From: Takakia lepidozioides
Lineage: Eukaryota; Plantae; Bryophyta
DNA: 64,000 nucleotides
Direction: 5' to 3'
Assembly (NCBI GenBank): GCA_030704615.1
Contig: CM060731.1
Span: forward strand, 94,426,001 to 94,490,000
Of the stretch, positions 36,001 to 50,839 are shown in pieces (the first letter of the stretch is position 1; every line of letters begins with the position of its first letter). Made by a program: the position numbers and the translations under genes. The notes beneath the pieces are model-generated. The model had not been told where the DNA came from and did not search any database. It worked only from the letters and a program-made list of their open reading frames with translations.

Positions 36001-37316
36001 GACGACAACTACAGGTGTTTGTAACATGAGGATCCGGGAACATTTTAGTATCATTTAATTATATGCAAGCTGGAATTGAATTCATACTAGAAAGTGTGAG
36101 ATTCTCTACTACAGCACTCTTGCTGTAACTAAGGTGAAAGAGAATCTTGAAGGTGTTTCCAAAGAGTTTATGGGAAGACTAAGCACTTCTGCTCTTCACA
36201 TTTCAATGCCTCTGCTAGGTATGAGCAGTCTCTGGAAAACTTTGATGTGAAGGTAAACTGGGCAGGAGACAAGGAATTGTCCTGTCTCCAAAACCCTATC
36301 CTTGCAGGATATACTAGCCCATCTGCCCCTTTCCATCTATGATTGCATGCAACAACTAGAAAAGCCCTAGTGAGGGATGTGGAGAATTGTGCAGACCAGT
36401 GTTAAGCCATGTGCATGTGCATGAGCTATCCATGATGTCTACAACAATATTTAGTTGGCAGGTTTAGGACGGCACTCTCCACACAAGCAATGATGTAAGG
36501 ACATAGCATCCCTTATTACGTTTCGACCTCCTTACTACTGGATAATTACAAGTTGGATGGATACCTGACCAGACAAGAGATAGATTATGGAGGGAGTCAC
36601 TGAATCACTGACATCTAAGGTCGGCACTGTACAACGGAGAGAGAGAAAGATGGAAAAGGATCAAGGAGTTGCACACATTTCACCTACAGTTTTGATAATG
36701 TGTCTCCTCCAATGCATGAGGTGTGCAGAAGCTCCAAACGTCCCTTACACTCACTTGAAGGAGTGTACCACTCTGGGCCCATGGTTGCTGCAGCCACCTT
36801 AGGCGCATCTCATTGTCGTTCATAAAGGTCATAATGCTTGTCCTCCACAAATTCTCAGATGCAATCAGCTGAAGAATTTCGTAATTTTGAAGAATAGTTG
36901 TACAAAGACAGCAAAAAAGGAGGTGTTTGGTCAATAATCTAACAAGAACAATAGAGGGGAAAGCCCTTGTACATTAATCGCAATAGAGTGAATCATTTAA
37001 CTCTATAAAATTGATCAAGAAGATTGGAGAAACCAAGACAGTTGGAAATAGCATCTTACATACCTCATGGAGCTTCTGGGGCTATGTTTTCAGATTAAGA
37101 GCCGACAGAGTCATTGATTATGGACAAATTTCAGGAGGAAGAGCCACTCACATCTGCTTGGAGTGTCTCTTTGGCTGAGATCCTGGCCTCCCTAAGTCTG
37201 CGGCAGACCGCTCGGCATCTTCTATTTGCTTAGATAGATCTTTCATTCGTCGATTACAGAGTAGTCTGTTTTGCACCTACTTTTCGGATGTTTCATCTGT
37301 AATTTCATCTCCATAG

Positions 37317-37459
37317 TCACCCTCGCAGATGGATCCAGAGATACCCTCCAAGATGGACATAGCATAGCACGCCCGGGTATATAGATATCACCCTCGCAGA
37401 TGGATCCAGAGATACCCTCCAAGATGGACATAGCATAGCACGCCCGGGTATATGAGATA
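37317..37459. repeat. Two-copy tandem repeat of about 71 bp (a second ~30-bp duplication lies at 37534-37593) upstream of the LINE
   Basis: TCACCCTCGCAGATGGATCCAGAGATACCCTCC...GCCCGGGTATAT occurs twice. Confidence 0.9.
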
Positions 37460-37599
37460 TCTAGTCCAACACCAACCGAAACCGAAACCCAAAAGTTCCA
37501 AAAGGAGAAAGTGTTTTACGACCTACCTAACAGCCTGCGAAGTAAGCTCAAGCAGCACCACTTTCCTGCGAAGTAGCTCAAGCAGCACCACTTCCAGAG

Positions 37600-40500
37600 C
37601 TCTTACTGAAGATTTCGAGTTCTGAAGATTGCAGTTTTGGATGGCGATCACGGCATCGGGCAGCCGCCGAGCAGGGTCCACTCAGAGCCCAAACGTCCTC
37701 GTAGCAGAGGCGTCAGTGACCAGGGTACCCGGATGGGCCCCACACCTGCCGCAAAGGCCCGTACTGCTCCAACAACCAAGCCCCATCGTCCACACACATC
37801 CCACCACGGGCATTGTCAGGTCCCATCTCCCACACCTCAACACCACCGACTCACACTCGTTTACACCATGCCACCCCGCCATCACCTGCACCACCAACAC
37901 CACTTCAACATGCCCCCAGTTCTGATATCCCCAAACAACCTGAGGAGCGGCCAGTCCTCCCCTCCCTCAGGCCTCCTGCAATGATCAGCACATGTGCGAC
38001 CGTGACAACACACGCAACTCATCAGCAACCAGGGGTACCAGCTCGAGACTCAAACTACAGCAGATCTCTATGAACGATGTCCTGTGCTCCAGAGACCTTC
38101 CACCGAAGTGCATGGACGACCAATGCTATTCACCTCCACCCGCCTGTGCTCTCGCACCCCCGCGTTCAACAGAGAGTTCCAAGATCTTCCCCCTCTTATG
38201 TTCCCTTCTTCTTCTGGGAGATCCAATTTGCCAGCTCCCCCCGTTATTCCACCTTCTCCATCAGTGCCGCCATCGACATCCAAAAATCAAGCTTCTCCAG
38301 GTGATGCTTCTCCAGGTGATTGACACGCATTTCTTGTCCTGCTTGTGGACGACCATTTGCTCGGATCATAGGCCTTTGCCCGCCATCCAAGCGCACACTT
38401 TCACTTTTCGGCAGTCCCCCTAGTGCAGCTATTTTCTGACGTTGAGACACCGAATCGTTCCTTCTCATATCCCATCCCGTACATGCATGTCACTTCGAAT
38501 CACCCCCTCCTCCTCCTGCCTCTGCATGGGTTTGGTTCTCCACTCTAGATATGCCTCAGCAGCTGTTAGTATCATCTGGGGGACTTCGCTCGCCTCGCGG
38601 GTGTCCTCATATACACGGACATAGGCCAAGCCTCCATGACATCTGGTACTCGTCTGCCCCGACGATCCTGCTGATTATCCTAGCTTGGCATCTTCTCTTG
38701 CTCCTTGCCAGTGGTGTTTGGTCTTGCCCCCATGCGGTGGTGATGTTGGTCATAGAGAAACACGCATCCGTCTCCGCGTTTCTATCTGGGGATTGGGAGT
38801 GTCTGCAAGATGAGCACTATCTCCCTTGCACACACTCTTGTTGCACAAACCCCCTCAGGATATGCTGCCACAACCGACCCTCTCTACCCACAAACAAGCT
38901 TTGCTTCGATCATAGTCTATTGTTGGGTCTGTGGCTCGTGAGTATCTCCATGCCAATCGCGCGTGCCCTGGCACCTTTCACTCCTGCAATAACCATCCTT
39001 CATCTTCAGACACTGTCGCTGCTTTGGAGGAACAGCCGGCCTCCCCATACGAGCACACTTCTAGGAGTCTTAGTAATGTCGATGGTCTTTGAACTCGGTT
39101 CGGACCTAAGAGCTTAAGCCTATGCTAAACTCGATAGATCATGTACATCTTCACTCAAGGTTTTACCTGCATCAGGATCGTCCTCGCATGCAGATCTGCT
39201 AGTGCACGCGTCTGTTTGGTTTGTTGTATGAACATTTGCGCAACTGTTTCATCCTCCAGGACTCTGATAGTTGCTTCGCCCAACTCTTTCAGGTTTGTTG
39301 CTCTCATATTGCCAGTGTGTCGCATACCTGCTTCAGTGGCACGCGATCCTGGGGCATCACGACTCTTGGCTATGTCCAAACACACTGGTCCTGGCCTAAC
39401 GTCCTATTGCCGCCGTGGGGGAGGTCATCTACCGTCTGGTTTAGCCGTTCTATCTGCCTTCAGTATCGAGATGCATTCTCCTCCCCCACCCCTCTTTCCA
39501 CATCAGTTCGGCGTTGCCCACTACCTTCTGCTATGAAGCTGTTGTACCGGATTCCGCGCGACACTGACCTTCATCCTGACTGGGTTGTCCTTCAAAGTCG
39601 ATGTCAGCAACGCCTTCAACGCTTTTCACATCACAGCACTGCCTCCTTCAGGAGCTCCGTTCTGCTGGAGTGATTTTTATGAGCTTCTCATTTTTGTATA
39701 GACGTTCTATGCGTCTGGTGCTCCCCTCTTTACAGTCATCATTCCTCGCACAGGCGACTACAGTATCATACAGTCGGAGGTGGGCACACGTCAGGCGATC
39801 CATTAGGGGGTCCCTCTTTTTGCCATGGCAACATGTGCGCGGCTCTTACGTCGTCTGCACAAGCATGTCTGCTTCCCCTCTGTCTATTCCCTTCTGTTGC
39901 AGATGACACCCACATGTTGGTCCGCGATCCGAGGTCCTCCCGGCTTACAGTCATTCATTCATCCGCCCAGTTTGCACCTCTGTGGGGCTCTCCGTTCAAC
40001 CTCGCAGTATGTCGTGTGGCTCCATCCGGTTACCATCTGGCTTTTCGCCACTTGCCCATTTTCTCACACACCATCTGCCGGCATCCGGATCTTGGCGTTC
40101 CTTTTGGCACCACCCCTCATTCACTTCACCTTTCCTGGAAGACGCACTTCAAGAGGACATCTCCCATTCTGAGCTCTTTCCTAGCTTGGGGATCTACAGG
40201 TCGCCTATGGTAATTCTCACAAGGTGTTTCATTCAACGACCATCGTACTTTTTACGGTCTTTTTTCACTTACCGCTTGAATTTTTGTTGTCCCTGTCGCA
40301 GTTTGATCTCACATTATGGGGGTTTTTGGTCGTTTACTAGGGCCCGGTGCTCTGGATGGTTCCCAAGGGGATTTACCTCTGCAACAAGCCACCTTACCTT
40401 TGTCCGCTGGCAGAGTTGGTCTACTCTCCATTGCCACCACGCTCCTTGTGCTTTCCTCGGCAGTTTGGCTCTAGTTGCTTCCAGCCCTTGTGTCCCGATT

Positions 40501-41660
40501 TCTATGTGACAAGCGCCCCTACTCATGGATAGCATTGCTCACGTGGATACTTCACTCTCATTCCAACAACAATCTCCGATCTGCACGGGACCTTCTTCAT
40601 CCATCAGTGCGGGCTTGCCTTCTGCCATTTGAGTAGCTGGTTACTCAGGGCTTGGACCATCTCCAGGAGACCATCGTGGATCGCGTGCACCAACAAACCT
40701 TTTCTAGCATGCTTTATGATGCATCTTCTGATGTGCATCGTGTCAGGCTCTTATCTTGTGCGGGACCAAGGGCGGCTGCGTGGCTTATCGCAAGACCCAC
40801 TATCACACCGTTTCGCTTGTCGTCTCCAATCTTTGCCACGGCTCTCCGCATTCGTCTTGGCTTACCACATCCTTCATGCTTGGCTTACACCGTTGTGTTT
40901 GTCACCAACCCATCGATCCACTTGTTGTTCATCTCCTTCGTTGTCCATGTGGAGGAGATCGTACAACGACCCATGATGTTGTGCGGGACGCCGTCGCCTC
41001 TGTTGCTCGAGAGGCTGGATTTCATGTATTGCGGGAGCAAACTCACATGCTCGTACGCCTCAGTCCACTCGTCGGCGAGTCGACATCGTCCTATCTCGAG
41101 ATGGTTTTCGCACCCTTGCAGATGTTGTCATTGCCAATCCCACTCAATCCGACTTACTTTCTTGCTCGGCCTCTTCCCAAGGCATTGCCGCTTTGATTGC
41201 TGCACAGACCAAACAACGAGACTATCAAGACCGTCATCCCACAGATGCGTTCCTTCCACTGGCTGTGGAAATCTTTGGATGTCTTTATCGTCAGTTCGAC
41301 GACTTTCTTCATACTTGTGCTCATCATGCTGCTAAGAACAAGATCAATGGCATTCCCCATGCTTCTGTCTTCGTAGCTTTCTATAGACAACGGGTTTCCG
41401 TAGCACTACAGAGGACACATGCTATGTCCATCTTGCATCGGGCTACTGTAGCTGGCATGGCTTCGTCTCATCTTCCTGCTCTTCCCGATGTCACACCCAT
41501 TTCTTTGTCTGATGTCATTCAGGCAGTTGGATGGGATGATCATTCGGTTTGATTAGCTTGATATGCTTTCTTTTTCATTTCTTTATGTTAACTCTTCCCT
41601 TGCTATGGGAACTTTCCATACTTTGTACAGTTACCTCATGTCAGTTTGTAAATAAAAGCT
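37600..41660 (+). mobile_element. Degenerate CRE-like non-LTR retrotransposon (RT plus restriction-like endonuclease)
   Basis: RT motifs (V)DVSNAFN, G.RQ...LGGPLF and FPSVADDTH at 39600-39915. C-terminal LRIRLGL, C.C..PID....HLLRC.CGG...THD.VRD, D.V.SRDGF.TLADVVIANP and FLPLAVEIFG to 41552. The 5' boundary is uncertain. Confidence 0.82.
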
Positions 41661-42434
41661 TTGCAGGGTTACAACACCAACACTTTCAACTAGTGCAATC
41701 TGTAAAGCCCAAAGCAAGAGAAATGTAATATCAGACTTTCCTTGCCAGAGCCTTGTGAGGCCCTACTCCATAGCTAGTACCGTCAGGTTCTATGCCCTTA
41801 GGATACGTCATAGCAAACGTTGGTAGGGAGCGCTGAATGTGTACATTCCTTTCTCGGAAGAAGTGTGATTTTGGCCCAACCGGATAAATTAGACTCTTCA
41901 AGACATTAAGGGCCAAATCCGCTCACGCACAGTAGCGAAAAGACAACCCGGGCTGGAATTGATATCAAGCTGGCATCAAGGTGAATTGATATCAAGCTGG
42001 CTAGAAAAGGCTGTCTTGGTTGCAACAACGAAAGCGCCATGACAAAGTATTCGCAGCAACATATCAACTACTCGAAGGTGGGAAGACATAAGCTCAAGAA
42101 CCCTGTTCCCCGAGTCCCTGGTGGAATCTACCAGCTTTAAACTGCAGCCCTATCTCTAATAGTTCGGTCTCCAGCAAGTTACGACCCACGAGAGCCGTTG
42201 CAATTGGATCTCTCCCATACCCAGTTTCTCATCACTAACACTGGTGGCCATGCTTTGCATGAATCATCGTTGTATCCTCATCATCTCTCTTAATTCGAAT
42301 CGTCGGCTCGGGATCCTCATCTTGCATGCATGCATAGGCTATGTACGTCTATGCCTACCTTAGCGCCTATTGTACTAACGTACTACCCCCGTTAACAGCC
42401 TAACTTCGTCAATCCTGGTCAAATACCTCATGTT

Positions 42435-45400
42435 TGTTGGAAATCAACTCCTTACCAAGTTACTGTTACTTAGTTACTGTGATGACAAGTCGGACTACAA
42501 TAATAGTAGTGCTGACAAGTCATAGTTAACAAAAGATTAGTCTAAAGTTAGCTTTAGTTATGGTGACTCAAGTCAGTGTACCAAAATAGCAGGTGGGGAT
42601 AACTTAAGTAAAAGCATGGAGTTATGCTATAGTTATCTCAGCTATTCCTATATGAGATTTTGAGTATAAATAGGGAGATGGTGGACACACAGCTTGTTGT
42701 GGTCCTATGGTTGGGTGGAGAGTTCTCAGTAATCAATTCATCTTTTATCTCTATACTCCGTTGAATTCCAACATGGTATCAGAGCTAGGTTTTGTCTAAG
42801 AGATAGAAGGAGATGAGTATTTGATTTACAGTCTATAGGCTTGAGTGCTTGGTGTTAGATTTGGAAGTTTGAGGGTGTTTTGTATTTGGCAAAACATCAA
42901 ACTATCATCATGGCATCTTCTGCTGATCATACCCGAGTGGAGAAGTTAGATGGTCACAATTTTCATACATGGAAGATTAAGATGGAGTTCATTCTTCATG
43001 AGAAAGATCTGTGGAAGATCGCACCAGGAGAAGCGGTTGTACCAGTTCAAGTGCAGCCTGAGATAGAGAGATCATAGTCGCAGGGTTGACTCCTGAGTAA
43101 CAACTTTTTGTGAAGAAAGATAAGTTAGCTCGAGCTGGAACCATGTTGTTGAATATAGTAGATTCAATACTTCATCATGTTGCACATGCTAAAACTGCTA
43201 GAGAAGCATGGACCAATCTACGTGTTAGTTTTGAAAGAAAGCATATCGTCAATCGGCTCTATTTTAACTAAGAGTTGAAAGATGGAAGAAGGAAGTTCAT
43301 TTCACGAAGCAGAAACACAGAGTCTGTTTTCTTTTGTAGCATAAGAGGTCATTATGCACTCGAATGCTTCAAGAAAAAGCTAGACGATGAGAAGAATGAG
43401 AAATTACAGAGTGAAGTTTCAGCGGTAATTACGGCTGACAGAACTGAACTTTTTGTTGTAGCTTTGTCAATCTCTCATAGTTGTAGAGATGTGTGGTGAA
43501 TCATTGATTCAGGAGCATCTCAACATATGACGTTCCAAAGGGAAGCCATCTCAACCTTCAAAGAACTTTTTGTGGGACACAAGGTGTATCTTGGAGTTTT
43601 GATATCCATGGAAAAGGTACTGTTGTGTTTCAATTATCATCTGGAGTGTCAAAAGAGATCAGAGATGTTCTCTATGTTCATAGATTGACAAAGAATATAT
43701 TGTCAGTTAGTCAGCTAACTAAGCAAGGTCTTACTCGTGAGGTTTCTACCGGTCATTGTTGGTTGAGCTGAGGTAATTCAAAATGCAACAAAATGGTTGG
43801 GGCAGTCCAGGCTTTACATGTGGATTGTGATACACTCTCAAGCAGAGTGATCTCAGGCATCAGAGACTTGGACATGTCTCAATGCAAAGTTTGGCATGAA
43901 CATGTCAGCTAACAATCTAGTTGAAGGAATGGATCTTACATAAGATCAAGTCTTGAGTTTTTGTGACAGATGTGTATATGGTAAACATCATCGCAACTCA
44001 TTTCCAAAAGATGGAGGTTCTCGAACAAAGAAGGTTCTTGTGCTGGTGCATACTGATCTATGTAGTCATATGTCAATTGAATTTCGTGGAGGTGCAAAGT
44101 ATTTTTTAACCTTCATTGATGAGTTTTCCAGGAAAACATTTTCTTACATGATGTAAAATAAGTTTGGAATTCTCGATAGGTTCAAAGCGTTCAAAGCTTT
44201 GCTGGAGAATCAAACTGGAAAAATGATCAAAATAATTTGTGATGGTGTTGGTGAGTACATCTCAAAGAACTTTTAATCAATTTTGTAAGGAGAATGGTAT
44301 TGTGAAACAATTAATCACACAATATACGCTAAAGCAGAATGGAGTTGCAAAGAGAAAGAATCGAACGCTTGTTGGAAGTGTGAGGTGTATGTTGCAACAC
44401 ATGAGGTTGGACCACATTTCTGGGTAGAAGTAGTGGCGACTGTAACATATCTCTGTAATCGACTTCTTAATAAAACAATCTCTGCAAAGACACCTAAAGA
44501 GGTATGAAAGGGTGAGAAACCTTCAAGTGATCATTTGTGAGTCTTTGGTTGTATTGCTTTTGCTTATGTTCCAAAAGAGATAAGGAAGAAATTGGATGCA
44601 AAAACAATCAAATATCTTCATTGGTTATTGTGAAAAGACCAAATGGTATAAGTTGTATAACCCTAAAAGCAAGTATGTAATCATCAGTCGTGATATTATA
44701 TTCAATGAGTCCAGGAACAGTAGTTCTAAGTTTGGACCATGAAAAAAAAAAAAAAAAAAATTGCTCTAACTCATGAAGATAAAATGGAAGAGAAGATTGT
44801 TGAGGAGATTGTTGAAGATCAGATGGAGGAGATACAATCTACTATGATTGAAAACCCCTCAAAGGTATCTTCTGCCTATTTCATTGACATTGATGAACCT
44901 CAAAGTGTTTCAGATGCACTTAGGAGTGAGAAGTATTCACACTGGAAGAAAGTTATGGCCTCTGAGATTCAATCTCTTCAAGATAATAAGACTTGGAGTC
45001 TTGTTAAACTTCCATATGGACGGCAGTCTTTTGGTTGTACATGGATTTTCAAAGTTAAGTACACTGCAGATGGTTCTGTAACCAGGCACAAAGCTCGTTT
45101 GGTTGCAAATGGGTTTTCATAAATTGAAGGTATCGCTTCCAATAAAACCTTCTCCCCTGTTGCACAGATAGAATCAATTCGAGTGATTCTTGCATTTGAT
45201 ACCGTTGAAAATCTTGAAGTACATCAGATGGATGTATGTACAACTTTTCTAAATGGAGAATTTATGGATGAAATACGCATGGACCAGTCAAAGGGATTTG
45301 TTGGAAAAATGAAAGAGAAGATGGTGTGTAAACTCCTCAATTCCTTGTATGGTTTAAAGCAAAATCCCCGTGACAAGATTGATGCATATTTCATGGCTAA

Positions 45401-47139
45401 AGAGTTTGAGAGGAGCTCTGCTGATTATAGTGTTTACTATAAGAGGGCTTATGGAAACTCTTTTGTGATCATAACATTGTATGTTGATGATTTGATCTTA
45501 GTCTCTAATGACTTGACTCTGTTGAAACACATACAGAGTGTCAATATCTCAAATAAGATTGAGATAGTGGTTGTGTGATCATAACAAATTGGCTTTGTTG
45601 AAACAAAGACAAAGTGATATCTCAAAGAGGTTTGAGATGGTGGATCTGAAAGAGATCATGTGATCATGTGTTAATGATCAGTCTTTGTTAAAAAGACAAA
45701 GAGGTATCTCAAAGAGGTTTGAGATGGTGGATCTGAAAGAGATCTTGTGATCATGTGTTGATCAGGCTTTGTTGAAAAAGACAAAGCGATATCTCAATGA
45801 AGTTTGAGATGGTGAATCTGAAAGAGATCCAGTACTGCTTGGGGGTATCGGTATCTCGTGTTCGACAAGACCGAGCGATTTACCTGAACCAACGTAAGTA
45901 TCTTGAAGATATCTTAAGGCGCTTTAGTATGGCTGAAAGTATGCCGGTAAATACCCCGTTTGTCCCAAATTGCAAACTCTCAAAGGAGATGAGTCCTAAG
46001 AGTGCTGCAGACTTGGAGACAATGAGATATGTTCCCTATCAGAGTGATGTGGGAACTCTCATGTATGCAATGGTCTATACTAGGCCAGATATTGCACAAG
46101 CAGTGGGGGTCGTAAGCCAATTTGTGGCTAACCCTGGGCAACTCCATTGGGTTGCAGTAAAGCGGATTTTTCGTTATCTGAGAGGCCCACTGGACTATGG
46201 TCTTTGCTTAAGAAAGAACAATGATAATGTTCAGTTGGATCAAGTGAGTTCATATGGTATCTCAGATAGTGCTTGCAAAAGTACAGAGCTATACGACTAT
46301 TGTGATGCAGATTTGGCTGATAATGTTGATGTCATTCTACATCTGGCTATGTATTTATGCTAGCAAATGGAACTGTTAGCTGGAGCAGCAAGAAACAATC
46401 TACAATTGCTATGTCCTCAACTGAGGCAGAATATATGGTTGCATCTCAAACTACAAGACAAACATTATGGTTATCATCATTTCTCTCAAGTATTAGTCAT
46501 CCACAGACGAGTCCACAAAGGGATATAATGGTCATATATGATGACAACCAATGGTATATTGCTCTCTCGAATAATCTGATTTTTCATGCTCGCACAAAGC
46601 ATATTGAGATTCTTCATCATCTGGTACGAGAGAAGACTGAAGCTGGAGTTGTCAAGCTGATATATTGCAACACCAACAACATGGTTGCACACATACTGAC
46701 AAAAGGGCTTAGTGCTAAAAAGCATGAACGTTTTTTAGGCTTGATGGGAGTAAGTTAAGTGTTTCACTTGGTAACTCGTTGAGTGTGGGTATTGGAAATC
46801 AACTCCTTACCAAGTTACTGTTACTCATAGTTATTGTGATGACAAGTCAGACTACAATAATGGTAGTGCTGATAAGTCACAGTTAACAAAAGATATTAGC
46901 CTCAGTTAGCTTCAGTTATTAGTGACTCAAGTCAGTGTACCGGAATAGCAGGTGGGGATAACTTAAGTAAAAGCATGGAGTTATGCTATAGTTATCTCAG
47001 CTATTCCTAGATTAGACTTTGAGTATAAATAGGGAGAGCTCGGAGGGTGGACACACAGCTTGTTGTGGTCCTATGGTTGGGTGGAGAGTTCTCAGTAATC
47101 AATTCATCTTTTATCTCTATTCTCTGTTGAATTCCAACA
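42435..47139 (+). mobile_element. Full-length degenerate Ty1/Copia retrotransposon with ATGTT TSD
   Basis: LTRs at 42435-42773 and 46790-47139. PBS TGGTATCAGAGC (tRNA-iMet) at 42774. TSD ATGTT at 42430-42434 and 47140-47144. Gag (KLDGHNFHTWK), protease (IDSGAS), integrase (VHTDL), RT (YVDDL) and RNase H (SSTEAEY) are in Copia order, with many stops. Confidence 0.96.
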
Positions 47140-47369
47140 ATGTTTCATGTAAATAAAGCTGTAGAGGTTTTCATCGATTAGCCATCAACAGAATAATTAT
47201 AGTCCTAATTGAGATCTTTCCAACGCCACCTGCCTGAGAGTCATTGGCCAGAGTGGGAGAAAGTTATGGTTTCTCAAAGTCCAAAGATCATGATAGTAAT
47301 CTAGTGAGAGATTTTGTGCCCGAATGTGACTTAGAGATTTTAACTTTTATTTAAGGATTATTTGGATGA

Positions 47370-50190
47370 ATAATGCCTAGGATCAGATGTTTACATCCAT
47401 TTACTTTCACACGCGTAAGTTTGGAGGCCATTTCCACTGTCAGGCTGTGCCTGCTTATGTGGCGGTCAGTTGTTTTGCCAGAACATGCGCACACCCATGT
47501 GCTTGCTTATTTGGCCCGTGGAACTGGGGGGCCACGTCCTCCACCCCCTGCCTGGCGGGTCCCTTATTTATTTTTTTCTATATGAAATAATATGCGGGAA
47601 GCTTGGGAGTCATTGTGCTTGGTTGTAGGCCTTTCTGACTTACCTTCCTCCTCCCCCTTGTCGGCGCGTTTTACCTGGACCAATAATAGAATTCCTCCAC
47701 AACTTTGCATGGCTAGGTTGGACCGGTTTTATGCTTCTTCTTCTATTGTTGGCTGGTGTCAGCTTGCCCCATTGGTCCCATCTTACCTGATTTTGACCAT
47801 GCTGAAATCCAGATGGCTTTCTCTTCTCCTGGTGCTAGGGTAAGGGGCAGATCTTTCTTTAAGCTCAATGCTGCAATCTTGAAATCGCAGGGCACCATTC
47901 CAATGCTGGTCAATTGCTGGAAAGGTACTGGGAACCATTTCTCCTCCCCCACCCTAAGATTTCTTGAAAAGCTTCAGGCTTGCCGTGTCTTGGCCATGAA
48001 AATCTCTCGTGATCTTTCCTTGGCTAGGCATAGAAAAGAGAAGGTTCTGACCAAGTGTATCCTAGTCTGTCAGAAGATGATTGAATCTAACCGGGGAGAC
48101 AGATTCACCATTTCCGCCTTACAAGAGGCTAAGGGCAACCTTCGTCCTCTGCAAAAGCATAAAGAGGACTCCATGAGACTCAGGGCTGGCGTCAATTGGT
48201 CCCTCAAAGGTGAGAAAATGAATCGTTATTTTTTCCTTAAAAGCTAAGCAAAGGATGCAAAACCATGCCATCCCTGGCCTTCGGGACAGTGCGGGGGCTC
48301 TGGTCCAGCAACCTAAGAATGTGACCGAGGTGGCCGCTGCCTTCTTCCAGAAGCTTCTTTGCCAGCCACCTGACCTGACTGGTGATGCCCTCATTAGAGG
48401 TAAGGTCCTTGATCTTGTCCCCTCTAAGCTATCTGTTGATGAATCGCTGCTTCTTTCGGCTGACCTCTCTCAGCAGGAGCTCACTGATGCCCTTGAAAGC
48501 TTGAGTTCTAATAAACTCCTGGATTGGATGGTATGCCTACTGAGTTCTTTTCGGCCCTGTGGGGGGAGGTGAGTGACGACTTCACTACAATGGCTAATGA
48601 TATCCTGTCTAAAAACTTGATGCCTTCCCAACTTTCTCAAGATGTGATTTCTTTGATGTTTAAAAAAGGTGACCGCTGTTCCATTGCCAATTACAGGCCT
48701 ATCACTCTCCTCAACTCCACTTACAAGATAGTGGCCAAGGCTCTTGCGATCAGGCTCCAAACCTTTTTGCCAAGGATAATCCGTCCTGACCAATCTGGGT
48801 TTATGAAAGGTCGTTACATCCTTGATAATGTTATTCTTTCTTGTGAGGCTCTGTCTTATGCTCAATCTTCCAATCAAACATTGGCCTTGCTAATGCTGGA
48901 TATTGAGAAGGCGTTTGACAAAATCCACTGGCAATTCCTCTTGGGGGCCTTGCAAAGGGTTGGGATTTTAGGTAACTTCTTGAAATGGATCAAAATCCTC
49001 TTCAACTCTGCTTCCAGTAGAGTCAGTGCCAATGGTTTCCTTCAAGATCCTTTCCTCTTTCCCGCTCGGTGCGTCAGGGATGTCCTTTAAGCCCTTTTCT
49101 TTTTCTGATCGCCGCTGACTGTTTGGGGTATTTGCTTGATGCTAATCCTCGCTTCAGAGGTCTGAAGATTAACCATCCTGAAGGGGGATCTTCAGAGGTC
49201 AAGATCTCTATGTATGCAGATGATTCAGTGATGTTTTTGGACAATTCCTCTATGGAAAATGTGCAAGAGGGGCTGTCCTCACTCAACGAATTCTGTTCTG
49301 CTTCTGGATTCTCAGTCAATTGGTGGAAGTCTTGTGGGATAATGGCTGACATCTCGTCATCTGCTGCCCCCCATATTCCCTGCTGGGGGCTTGATTCTGG
49401 ACTTTCCTGGCTTGAGGAAGGGCAATCTCACACTCTCCTGGGGCACCAAATTGGCATTGCAGCAGGTTCTCCCTTGTGCTTAGCCGTTACAAACAGAGGT
49501 TGGCATATTGGTGCTCTGCAAGACTTTCAATTGTTGGTAGAGTCCTCGTAGCAAATCAGATTCTCCTAGCTAGTTTAGGGTCCATTGCCTCTCTTTGGTC
49601 CCCTGGCCCAGCTCTTTATAAAGCTCTTAAAGCTCTCACTCGGAATTTCTTATGGGGTGCCACATCTGTTGACTCCACTTGCAGGGCCAGGGTTTCTTGG
49701 AATCAGCTTTGCCTCAAAAAAAAGGATGGAGGGCTCGGGCTGCTGGATCCGAAAACTCAGGTCACGGCGGTGCTTGCCAAATGGGTTCCTCGTGCTCTTT
49801 TGCATGCTGCTGGTCCTTGGAGCTCGTTGATTCGTATTAACATTATGAATTCCATCCCATCTTCCTCCCCTAGCTGGAGACCTTCTTTGTGGTGGGCAGT
49901 ACAAGGTAAATCTTCCAATAAGAGGTCTGCTGCTAGTTCCAACGTATGGCATGCTATCTGGACTGCTTGGCATAAGGTTCGCTCCCACCTTGTCCATTCC
50001 CCTCCCTTGACCAGGGATGAGACTATTCGTCAGCCTCTATTTGGTAATGGGCTGCAGTTAGGTCTTGATTCTTGTGTGGCAAGATGGGCCCCTTGGGAGC
50101 ATAATGGCATTGCCACTGTGGGTAACGTTTGGGGCTTATCAGGTCCTCTTAATGCTGATTTTGCCTCTCAATATGTTGGAACCCAGCGGG
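47370..50190 (+). mobile_element. 5'-truncated L1/Tx1-type LINE (end of APE endonuclease plus RT), frameshifted
   Basis: FTWTN...ARLDRFY...DH (APE); PGLDG.P.EFF, NYRPITLLN..YKI, DQSGF.KGR.I.DN, DIEKAFD, RQGCPLSP.LF, YADD, and KKDGGLGL. Confidence 0.92.
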
Positions 50191-50510
50191 CACTACAATA
50201 CAAGCTGGGCTTTTCGACTCTGTATTTGACTCATTTTTTAGTCGTTTGTGACATTTTTACTCCCAGCCTCCACAGTTGAACATGCGTGACAAAGGTCAAG
50301 TCGTTTCAGTCAAGCAGTCGAATCCAGATGCCAGGTTCTGACAGTGAAATGTGACAGTAGGGGGTGACGACTAGGTAGCACAGTATGACGTGGATGTGAC
50401 GTGGCTATGACGTGTAGTAAAGTGGTTTAGCTGCATTATGACATGGATGCATGACGTGTAGTAAAATGGTTCTACTGTAGTATGACGTGGATGCATAACG
50501 TGTACCTAGT
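50191..50510 (+). mobile_element. CACTA-like terminus with (T)ATGACGTG subterminal repeats
   Basis: CACTACAA begins where LINE homology ends, followed by repeated TGACGTG motifs. No partner end was found. Confidence 0.45.
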
Positions 50511-50839
50511 ATATATATACATAAATATTATATATATATATATATGAATTGGGGAGGCTTTTTGTTTAATGTTTGGTTTTATTGTTTTTGTTTATTACTG
50601 TTATTTTGTTTTTCTCATTTATTTTCATTTACTTTTCATTTTATATCTATATAAATGTGAATTAGTGGGTTTTGTATGTAAATTTATTGATTCGCTGCAC
50701 TGCATTGAAAATATATTAAAATACAGCAAAACATAGCATACAAATACATGGCGGGGAACCAAAACCATTTGGATGGCTCAAAACTGATTTATATCAAGAG
50801 TGTTTTTAAAACAAGTTTTGGTCACATTCTACAGATGAC

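Noticed and set aside
33200-37240. Exon-like coiled-coil pieces on the minus strand (for example 33670-33895 and 35476-35661)
   Set aside because: Splice-like signals exist, but I could not build a consistent frame or recognise a family; possibly a decayed gene.
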